NCBI GenBank assembly: GCA_964426935.1
Contig: CAYRTW010000001.1
Span: 1 to 56,454, forward strand
Direction of reading: 5' to 3'
DNA length: 56,454 bases
Source of the DNA: an uncultured Rickettsiales bacterium
GTDB lineage: Bacteria; Myxococcota_A; UBA796; UBA9615; JAKLKC01
The notes beneath the pieces are model-generated. The model searched no databases. It saw nothing but the letters and a program-made list of their open reading frames with translations, and was not told where the DNA came from. The translations under genes were made by a program, and so were the position numbers. Numbering within the stretch: position 1 is the first letter of the stretch; each line of letters starts with the position of its first letter. Below, piece after piece: positions 27,303 to 36,000 of the stretch.

Positions 27303-28757
27303 ATGCCTCCTCCCCTTCGTGTAGACCTCCTCACCGCTTCCGCCACTTCCCTGGCCCGTCAGATCCGCCTGCGCCAGGTGTCTTCTCGGGAGGTGGTCGA
27401 CGCCCACATCGCCCACATCGAAACGGTGAACCCCATCCTTCGGGCGGTGGTGAGGGACCGCTTCAGCGAGGCCCGCCAGGAGGCCGACGCAGCCGACTCC
27501 CGAGTGCAGCAGGGAAACACCGAGGACCTGCCTCCCCTGTGGGGAGTTCCCTGCACCATCAAGGAGTCCTTTGCCCTGCGGGGAATGCCCAATTCGGGGG
27601 GGCTGCTGGCCCGAAAAGACGTGATCGCCGACTTTGACGCGGTGGCGGTGTCCCGACTGAAGGGGGCAGGAGCCATCCCCCTGGGGGTGACCAACGTGTC
27701 GGAGCTGTGCATGTGGATGGAATCCCACAATCCGGTCTATGGCAGGACCGGCAACCCCTACGACCCCGGACGCATCGCCGGGGGCAGCTCGGGAGGAGAG
27801 GGGGCCATCGTGGGATCGGGGGCCTCTCCCTTCGGCCTGGGAGCGGATATCGGCGGCTCCATCCGCATGCCCGCCTTCTTCGGTGGCGTGTTCGGGCACA
27901 AGGCTACCGGGGGGATGGTCCCTGGAACCGGTCAGTTTCCCATGGCGGAGAACGCCGCCCGGCGGATGCTGGCCACCGGCCCCCTGGCAAGGCGGGCCGA
28001 GGACCTGCCTCTGTTGATGCGGGTTCTGGCCGGGCCCGACGGGGAGGATGACTGCATGCACCTTCCCCTGGGGGACCTGGACTCCGTCTCCATCGAAGGC
28101 ATGCGAGTGCTGGTGGTGCCCGAGAACGGATTCCGCGCCGTTCATCCTTCTTTGCGAGAGGCCCAAAAGAAGGCGGCCAATGCCTTGGAACAGAGGGGAG
28201 CCATCGTCACCGAAGTCAAGATCCCCTCCTTGGCGCGATCATTCCAACTATGGTCTCAACGTATGAACGATGCTGCGGAGACTCCCTATCGCACCATCCT
28301 GGGCAACGGAGTTTCCGCCTCCCTGTGGGGACCCCTGTTCCTCTCCCTGGCCGGGAGGTCCCCCTTCACCCTGCCCTCCATCCTCCTGGCTCTGGGAGAG
28401 GCCCTTCCTTTCATCGTTCCCACCGACACCTCCCGGGGGGTGGAGGAGGCCCGGGCCCTCAGGGAGGAGATCTCGGATCGCATCGGCGAAGGCGGGGTTC
28501 TTCTCTATCCCCCCTATACCCGCCCCGCTCCCCGTCACCGGATGCCCATGCTCACTCCCATGGACTGGGTGTACACCGCCATCTGGAACGCTTTGGAGAA
28601 CCCGGTCACCCAGGTACCCCTGGGGCTGTGGAAGGGGTTGCCGGTGGGGGTGCAGGTGGTAGGGAGACACGGGGAAGATCACGTCACCCTGGCGGTGGCT
28701 CAGGTTCTGGAGGAGGCCTGCGGAGGGTGGGTGCCCCCTTGGCAGGAGGGTCGGTGA
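27303..28757 (+). CDS. Amidase-signature (AS) family amidase
   Basis: ATG at 27303, in frame within the long spurious ORF 26286..28757. GGSSGGEGAIVGSGASPFGLGADIGGSIRMPA is the AS signature. Confidence 0.85.
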   Translation: MPPPLRVDLLTASATSLARQIRLRQVSSREVVDAHIAHIETVNPILRAVVRDRFSEARQEADAADSRVQQGNTEDLPPLWGVPCTIKESFALRGMPNSGGLLARKDVIADFDAVAVSRLKGAGAIPLGVTNVSELCMWMESHNPVYGRTGNPYDPGRIAGGSSGGEGAIVGSGASPFGLGADIGGSIRMPAFFGGVFGHKATGGMVPGTGQFPMAENAARRMLATGPLARRAEDLPLLMRVLAGPDGEDDCMHLPLGDLDSVSIEGMRVLVVPENGFRAVHPSLREAQKKAANALEQRGAIVTEVKIPSLARSFQLWSQRMNDAAETPYRTILGNGVSASLWGPLFLSLAGRSPFTLPSILLALGEALPFIVPTDTSRGVEEARALREEISDRIGEGGVLLYPPYTRPAPRHRMPMLTPMDWVYTAIWNALENPVTQVPLGLWKGLPVGVQVVGRHGEDHVTLAVAQVLEEACGGWVPPWQEGR

Positions 28758-28793
28758 GAAGCACTTCGCCCGAAAGAGCTTGCTTCTTGAACG

Positions 28794-31028
28794 GTGACGA
28801 CGCATTTGCGGTATCTTTCGGGCATCTCCTGGCTCGGAACCTTGCCCGAGGGGGTCCAGGTGCTTCCTGCCGTGCCGTCCTTTAGTGATCTGTCTGCTGC
28901 CGTAAAGGCCTTGGCCGAAGCCCGTGGGGAGGACGAAGCCTCCTCCCGTGATGCCGTGCTGGCGGTCTTGGGGGAGATGCTCGACCTTCCTCCTGAAGAG
29001 GTCGAAGAGGCCCTTCACCGCCCCGAGCTGCTCTCTGCCCCCCACCCACCGGCCCTCGCCTGCGTGTTGACCCTGGTCGGGATCTGCCTGGAACAGTTGC
29101 GAAATCGCGCCGCCCTGGTGGAGGAATGCCGGGTGGCCTGGGAGAGGGCGGAGTTTCTTTCGGGGGCAACCTTTGAGGGCACCGCCGTCCACGATGGTTC
29201 ACGGGTCATTGACGTGAATCTCACCCTGGCACGGATGCTGGGATACACCCGCGCCGAGCTTGTTGGCGTTGCCGTTCCTGGCCCCTTCGTCCCGGAAGGA
29301 GAGGCCGAGAAGGTCAAGAACCACATTGCCCAGGGGTTTCAAGGTCCCTACGAAACGGTGTTTATCCGCAGGGATGGAAGTTCCTTCCCGGTGGAGATCC
29401 AGGCCCGGAATCTGGTCCTGAATGGGGTCCCGGTTCGTGTGGTGGGAGCCAGGGACATCACCGCCTGGAAGGAGGCCCAGACCCTGCTCAGGGAGAGCGA
29501 GGAACGGTTCCGGGCCCTGGTGGAGTCCACCTATGACGGGGTGATCGTGTCTCGAATGGGCATGATTCTAGAGGCCAACGAAGCCTGGGCCTCCATGTTC
29601 GGCTATACCCCTGAAGAAGCCATCGGCCTCCTTCCTACGGATGTCTGCCCCCAAGAATCCGCCGATCTCATTTATCGCCACATCCAGGAGGGATATGCCG
29701 GCGCCTACGAAATCACCGGCGTCCGCAAGGATGGAAGCCGGTTTCCCCTGGAAATCCTGGGGAGGAACTGCACCTACAAGGGGCATCAGGTTCGCATCAC
29801 TGGTTTTCGCGATCTGACCCAGAAGAAGCTTCAGGAAGCGGAGGAGGCCCGTCTGGAGGAGCGAATCCAACAGGCCCAGCGCCTGGAGAGTCTGGGAATC
29901 CTGGCAGGGGGCATTGCCCACGACTTCAACAACCTCCTGGTAGGGGTCCTGGGAAACACCGAGATGGCCGAGGCCCAGTTGGAGAACCCTGCGGCAGTAA
30001 AACCCCTTCTGCGCCGGGTGAAGACCGCAGCCACCCGGGCCTCAGAATTGACCCAGCAGATGTTGGCCTATGCGGGGCAGAGTCGTCTATCCGTTCAGCG
30101 GATCGACCTCAACACCCTGGTGGTGGAGATGGTCCATCTGCTGGAGGTCTCCCTTTCCAAAAAAACCGCCCTGCGCTACCAGTTTGCCTCTTCCCTCCCC
30201 GCCGTGGAGGGAGATGGTTCTCAACTCCGCCAGGTGGTGATGAACCTGATCACCAACGCCAAGGACGCCATGGACGGAGGCCGGGGCTCCATCCACCTGT
30301 CCACCGGGGTGGCCCTTTTCGATCAGGAATGGTTACGCCATACCCTTCCCAATCCCGATCTGCCCGAGGGGGAATACGTCTACCTGGAGGTGAAGGACGA
30401 AGGGGTGGGGATGGACGAAGCCACCGTGAGTCGAATGTTCGAGCCCTTCTTCACCACTCGGTTCACCGGTCGTGGCATGGGCCTCTCGGCGGTGCTGGGA
30501 ATCGTGAGAACCCATGGGGGAACCCTCCGAGTGGAAAGCGTCCCCGGGCGAGGAACAACGATGACCGTGCTCCTTCCCCCTGTGTCAGGAAGGGCGGACC
30601 CCAGCCAGCCCCCCAAGGTAGGGACCCTGGGATGGAAGGGACGGGGGAGCGTCCTGGTCGTGGATGATGAGGCCACCGTCAGGGAGGTGACCGCCGAGGC
30701 CCTGCGTCGCTCCGGCTTCATCGTCCGCACGGCGGTGGATGGTCAGGAGGGAATAGAATGTTATGCTCAGATATTCGCACAACAGTCAGATGATATCGTC
30801 CTGGTTGTCATGGACCTCACCATGCCCCGATTGGGAGGGGAAGAGGCCTTTGCGATTCTGCGAAGCCTGAATCCCTCCCTCCCCGTGCTGTTCACCTCCG
30901 GCTATCACGAGCCCGACGCCTTGGCCGACGCCCTCCAGGAAGCCGGAACCGCTTTTCTCCAAAAGCCCTACGGCGCCTCTCAGTTGCTGAACGAGGTTCG
31001 CCATCTGCTGGAGGACGGGTCTTCATGA
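28794..31028 (+). CDS. Hybrid sensor histidine kinase/response regulator (N-domain - 2x PAS - HisKA - HATPase_c - REC)
   Basis: 744 aa with GTG start; the start is uncertain. H-box AGGIAHDFNNLL, N-box MNLITNAKDAM, G-box GRGMGLSAVLGIV. C-terminal REC: VLVVDDEATVREV...VMDLTMPRLGG...KPY. Confidence 0.85.
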   Translation: MTTHLRYLSGISWLGTLPEGVQVLPAVPSFSDLSAAVKALAEARGEDEASSRDAVLAVLGEMLDLPPEEVEEALHRPELLSAPHPPALACVLTLVGICLEQLRNRAALVEECRVAWERAEFLSGATFEGTAVHDGSRVIDVNLTLARMLGYTRAELVGVAVPGPFVPEGEAEKVKNHIAQGFQGPYETVFIRRDGSSFPVEIQARNLVLNGVPVRVVGARDITAWKEAQTLLRESEERFRALVESTYDGVIVSRMGMILEANEAWASMFGYTPEEAIGLLPTDVCPQESADLIYRHIQEGYAGAYEITGVRKDGSRFPLEILGRNCTYKGHQVRITGFRDLTQKKLQEAEEARLEERIQQAQRLESLGILAGGIAHDFNNLLVGVLGNTEMAEAQLENPAAVKPLLRRVKTAATRASELTQQMLAYAGQSRLSVQRIDLNTLVVEMVHLLEVSLSKKTALRYQFASSLPAVEGDGSQLRQVVMNLITNAKDAMDGGRGSIHLSTGVALFDQEWLRHTLPNPDLPEGEYVYLEVKDEGVGMDEATVSRMFEPFFTTRFTGRGMGLSAVLGIVRTHGGTLRVESVPGRGTTMTVLLPPVSGRADPSQPPKVGTLGWKGRGSVLVVDDEATVREVTAEALRRSGFIVRTAVDGQEGIECYAQIFAQQSDDIVLVVMDLTMPRLGGEEAFAILRSLNPSLPVLFTSGYHEPDALADALQEAGTAFLQKPYGASQLLNEVRHLLEDGSS

Positions 31029-33025
31029 AGCTCATTCGCGTGGGTGCGGCCTCCCTCAACCAGACCCCCCTGGACTGGAATGGGAACCGGGATCGCATCC
31101 TCCTTGCCATCCAGGAAGCCCGCCAGCAGCGGATCGATCTGCTGTGTCTGCCCGAGCTGTGCATCTCCGGGTACGGCTGTGAGGACGCCTTCCACGCCCC
31201 CTCCACCTGGAAACTGTCCATGGAGATCCTTCAGGAAATCCGCCCCCACACTCAAGGAATGGGAGTGGGTCTGGGCCTGCCGGTGTGGTTGAGAGGCGGG
31301 CTGTTCAACGCCGCCTGCCTGCTGGTGGACGGTCGCATCGCCGGGTTTGCTGCCAAGCGGCACCTGGCGGGGGATGGGCTGCACTACGAGCCCCGCTGGT
31401 TCAAACCCTGGCCGGATGGCGAGGTGGGGGAGGTGAAGCACCAGGGGGAGAAATGGCCCATCGGCGATCTCCTGTTTGACTGCGGGGGAGTGGGCATCGG
31501 GTTTGAGATCTGCGAAGACGCCTGGGTGGCCCAGAGGCCGGGGGCCCGCCTCGCCTCCCGGGGAGCGGATCTGCTGCTGAACCCCTCTGCCTCCCACTTC
31601 GCTTTTGGAAAGGCCGAGATCCGCAGGCGGTTCGTGGTGGAAGGCTCCCGAGCCTTTTCCGTGGGTTATCTCTATGCCAACCTCTTGGGAAACGAATCCG
31701 GACGGGCCCTTTATGACGGCAGCCTGATGATCGCCACCGAAGGGAGGATGGTGGCGGAAGGGAGGCGCTTCGGGTTTGGCTCAGGCCAGGTGGTGGGCTC
31801 CACCGTGGACATCGACGCCAACCGCCTGGGGCGAGCCCGCTCGGGGAGTTTCCGTCCGTCGGTGGGAGAGGCGGGAGGCTCGACGGTCCGGGTGGAATTC
31901 TCCTGGCCCCTTCGCTTCCCCGAGACCCCTCCCGGAGACCAGCGAGAATCCTGGGAGAGGGGGGACCATGTCCAGGAAGAGGAATTCACCCGAGGCGTGG
32001 GGTTGGCTCTTTTTGATTACCTCCGCAAGAGTCGCTCTCAGGGCTATGTGGTGTCCCTTTCGGGAGGAGCGGACTCGGCGGCGGTCAGTTGTCTGGTCAG
32101 TCTCATGATCGCACGGGGATGTGCTGATCTTGGAGTTGAGGGGTTTTCCTCTCAACTTGCTCTGGCTCTGGAAGGGGGGATTCGCCTCTCCCCCAGGGAA
32201 CTGGTGGGGAAGCTTCTCTTTTGCGCCTACCAAGGAACGGTCCACAGCTCAGAAGTCACCCGCCACGCGGCCAGGGAGGTGGCAGCGGGACTGGGAGCCA
32301 CCTTTGCTTCCTGGGAGGTGGACGCCCTGGTGGGGGAATATCAGCGCATCGCCTCCACCGCCCTCCATAGGGATCTGTCCTGGAACGGGGATGATCTGGC
32401 CCTCCAGAATATCCAAGCCCGGGCCCGAGGACCGTCGGTGTGGATGATCGCCAACCTGCGAAACGCCCTCCTCCTCTCCACCTCCAACCGCTCCGAGGCC
32501 GCAGTAGGGTACGCCACCATGGATGGAGACACCTGCGGCGGCTTGTCCCCGGTGGGGGGAATCCACAAGACCTGGCTTCGGAACTGGTTGAAATGGCTGG
32601 AGAATACCGGTCCGGAAGGAATGAGCCCTCTCCCCTTCCTGAAAGTGGTGAACGCCCAGGCCCCCACCGCCGAGTTGAGACCCCCGGCCGCCGCCCAGAC
32701 CGACGAGGAAGACCTGATGCCCTACCCGGTGCTGGACGTCATCGAAGGGATGGCCATCCGGGACAAACTCTCCCCGGTGGAGGCCTTCGTGTCCATTCAG
32801 CCCCGCTTTCCCCAGCAGGCCCCGCGCCAGCTGGGAGAATGGGTGGAGCGTTTTTTTCGCTTGTGGAGCCGAAGCCAGTGGAAGCGGGAGAGGTACGCCC
32901 CCTCCTTTCACGTGGATGACCAGAGCCTGGACCCCCGCTCCTGGTGCCGGTTTCCCATTCTCTCCGGTGGATATGAGCGGGAATTGGCAGAGTTGCGGGA
33001 GCTTTTGGACTCCCTTCCCGACTGA
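31025..33025 (+). CDS. nadE: Glutamine-dependent NAD+ synthetase
   Basis: 666 aa. The N-terminal CN-hydrolase domain shows LLCLPELCISGY and EICEDAW. The C-terminal NAD synthase domain shows the PP-loop VVSLSGGADSAA. The start overlaps the kinase stop (ATGA). Confidence 0.9.
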   Translation: MKLIRVGAASLNQTPLDWNGNRDRILLAIQEARQQRIDLLCLPELCISGYGCEDAFHAPSTWKLSMEILQEIRPHTQGMGVGLGLPVWLRGGLFNAACLLVDGRIAGFAAKRHLAGDGLHYEPRWFKPWPDGEVGEVKHQGEKWPIGDLLFDCGGVGIGFEICEDAWVAQRPGARLASRGADLLLNPSASHFAFGKAEIRRRFVVEGSRAFSVGYLYANLLGNESGRALYDGSLMIATEGRMVAEGRRFGFGSGQVVGSTVDIDANRLGRARSGSFRPSVGEAGGSTVRVEFSWPLRFPETPPGDQRESWERGDHVQEEEFTRGVGLALFDYLRKSRSQGYVVSLSGGADSAAVSCLVSLMIARGCADLGVEGFSSQLALALEGGIRLSPRELVGKLLFCAYQGTVHSSEVTRHAAREVAAGLGATFASWEVDALVGEYQRIASTALHRDLSWNGDDLALQNIQARARGPSVWMIANLRNALLLSTSNRSEAAVGYATMDGDTCGGLSPVGGIHKTWLRNWLKWLENTGPEGMSPLPFLKVVNAQAPTAELRPPAAAQTDEEDLMPYPVLDVIEGMAIRDKLSPVEAFVSIQPRFPQQAPRQLGEWVERFFRLWSRSQWKRERYAPSFHVDDQSLDPRSWCRFPILSGGYERELAELRELLDSLPD

Positions 33026-33041
33026 CAGACCCCCAGGCTCT

Positions 33042-36000
33042 CTACTCGGCTACACCGTCACAGTCCTCATCGGTGGCGTTGCCGGGGACCTCGGTCGCTG
33101 AGGGAGACACGGCGGCCCGGGAGTCATCGCAGTCTCCCCCCTCCTCGGTGAATCCATCCCCGTCGTCGTCATGGAGGGTGGTTCCCTCGTCGGTGTCCCC
33201 ATCGCAGTCGTCGTCCAGTCCGTTGGGCACCTCCGTCGCCCCGGGGTGGAGAGAAGGGTCCCCGTCGTGACAATCCCCTCCCATCTCGGAAAACCCGTCT
33301 CCATCATCGTCATGCCCGGTGGTTCCCTCATCCACCACGCCATCGCAGTCGTTGTCCAGGGTATCGGCCAGCTCCTCGGCCCCAGGATGAATGGAGGGGT
33401 CGGTGGGGGCGCAGTCTCCGCCACTGGCGGTAAATCCATCTCCATCCACGTCCAATTCCCCCACTCCGTCGTCGACCACTCCGTCACAATCATTGTCCAC
33501 CCCGTCCTCCACCTCATCGGCGCCGGGCCAGGTGTTCTCGTCTCCATCGTGGCAATCCCCCTCTTCCTCAGACAGACCGTCTCCATCGTCATCAAAGGCG
33601 GTGGTCCCTTCATCGGTGAGCCCATCGCAGTCGTCGTCAGCCCCGTCCGCCTGCTCGATGGCCCCGGGATGAATGGAGCCGTCCCCATCATCACAGTCTC
33701 CACCACAGAGGGAGAACCCATCTCCATCGGCATCCACACTCCCCGCTCCTCCCCCATCACAGGTGTTGACCCGCAGCGTGACCACCACTTCAGGGGCGGA
33801 GGGATCGTCGGTGGTCAGGCGAACCTGGAGAGTGGCGCTGAGGGAATCCAGGGGAAGGGCCTCCACCTGGAGGAGGAGGGGAGATCCCGGCGAGATCGAG
33901 GTTGGCAGGCTGATGGAACCGGGGAGCACCACCGAGAAGGGGGATTCCTCCATGGGTGCGATGTCCATGAGGGTCAATGGAACCGTCCCCGACGCCTCCA
34001 CCGTCACCTGGGCGACGGCCAGATCCCCCACCGCCACCACTCCAAAGTCCACCACCGATGGATGGACGGAGGCCCGGGGGGACTCGGCGCTTCCCCGCAG
34101 GATCACCTCCATCTGGCTGTCCTTCCCCGACGAATTCACCACCAGCACCGCCTCATGGTTTCCCGCAGTGGTGGGAGAGTAACGCACCGTCATCTCTCGA
34201 CTTTCCCCCGGGGGAATCTCACCAGAGACCTCCCCTTCGGCGGAGAAGAACCCTGAATCATCCTCCTGGATCGAGGCGGAGGTCACCTCCACGGTGGCTT
34301 CCCCGGTGTTGTCCAGGCGCAGGGTTCGAGTCTCTTCCTGCCCCACCGCCACCGTCCCCAGGTCCACCACTTCCGGAGTGAGGGTCAGTTCCCCTTGCCC
34401 CTGGAGAACCGCCACGTCAGAGGTGCAGGCGGCCTGGGAGAGGGGAAGCCAGGCAACCACCAGGAGCAGGGCCTTCCACAAAAATGGAGAAGGATGAGGC
34501 GAGAAACGGCGGCGACGCCACCACAGCAAACCCGCGAAACTCCCCAGGAATCCCAGCCCGGTCCTGGGTGCTTCCTCCCTTTCTCCAGCGTCGCAGGTGC
34601 ATCCATCGGGGGTGTCATCATCTCCATCTGCCCCCTCGCACCCCTCATCCACCTCCCCATCGCAGTCATTATCCTGATGATCGCACGACTCTTGGAGAGT
34701 CGCCCCCACCCAAGGGTCGGAGTCGTCACAGTCCCCTTCTGCTTCGGAAGAACCATCGCCATCGTCGTCCCAGGCGTGGGTCCCCTCATCCACCTGGCCG
34801 TCGCAGTCCTGATCCACCCCATCCTCCTCTTCGGAAGCGCCGGGGTGGATTCCCCCTTCCCCATCGTCGCAGTCTCCCCCTTCCTCGCTGAAGCCGTCTC
34901 CATCGTCGTCATAGCCGTCGGTCCCGTCGTCCACTACCCCATTGCAGTCCTCATCCACCCCGTTCTCGACCTCGGTCGCTCCGGGATGAACCCCCGAGTC
35001 CCCATCCCCGCAGTCCCCTGACGCCTCGGAGAAGCCATCCCCGTCATCATCGTAGCCCTCGGTGCCCTCGTCGGTCAGTCCGTCGCAGTCCTCATCCACC
35101 CCGTTCTCCAATTCCGCCGCCCCGGGATGAACCCCGCCGTCGTTGTCGTTGCAGTCCCCGCCTCCGTCGGAAAAACCGTCGTCATCGGAATCCCCCGCTC
35201 CTCCCGCCGTGTCCACCACCCCGTCGCAGTCGTTGTCCACCCCATCGATGGGCTCCCCGGCTCCAGGATGAATGCTGGGGTCGTCGTCGTGACAGTCCCC
35301 GGGAACCGAAAAATCATCGCAGGGCCCTTCCTCGCAATATCCATCCCCATCGTCATCCCAGGCGGGGCTGCCCTCGTTCAGGTCCCCGTCGCAGTCGCTG
35401 TCCACCCCGTCTTCCTCCTCGGTGGCTCCGGGATGGAGCTCGGGATCCGAGTCATCACAATCCCCTCCCTCTTCGGTCACCCCGTCCCCATCGTCGTCGT
35501 AGGCCGAGGTCCCTTCGTCCACCGTCCCATCACAGTCGTTGTCGACTCCATCCGCGGTCTCGGGAGCACCGGGGAAGGTGTCTCCATCCCCCTCCCAGCA
35601 ATCTTCGGGGGTCCCGCAGGTGGAGTAGCTGTCTCCGTCCAAATCGAAGCCCTCGTCGACTCCTCCATCGCAGTCATCGTCAATGCCGTTGCAGACCTCG
35701 GTGGCTCCGGGCTTTACGGCGGGATCGCTGTCGTTGCAGTCGCCTGAACAGGGAAGAACGCCGTCTCCATCCACATCCAGGCCATCATCGACGGCGCCAT
35801 CGCAATCATCGTCGATGAGGTTGCAGGTCTCGGGGCGACCGGGATGGATGCTGGAGGAGGCGTCGTTGCAGTCCCCCTCGCAGGTGGTGTAGCTGTCCCC
35901 ATCCACATCGAAACCCTCGTCGATGCTGCCGTCGCAGTCGTCGTCCCGGTCGTTGCAAGACTCGGCAATCCCGGGTCGGACCGAGGCCCGAGTGTCGTCG

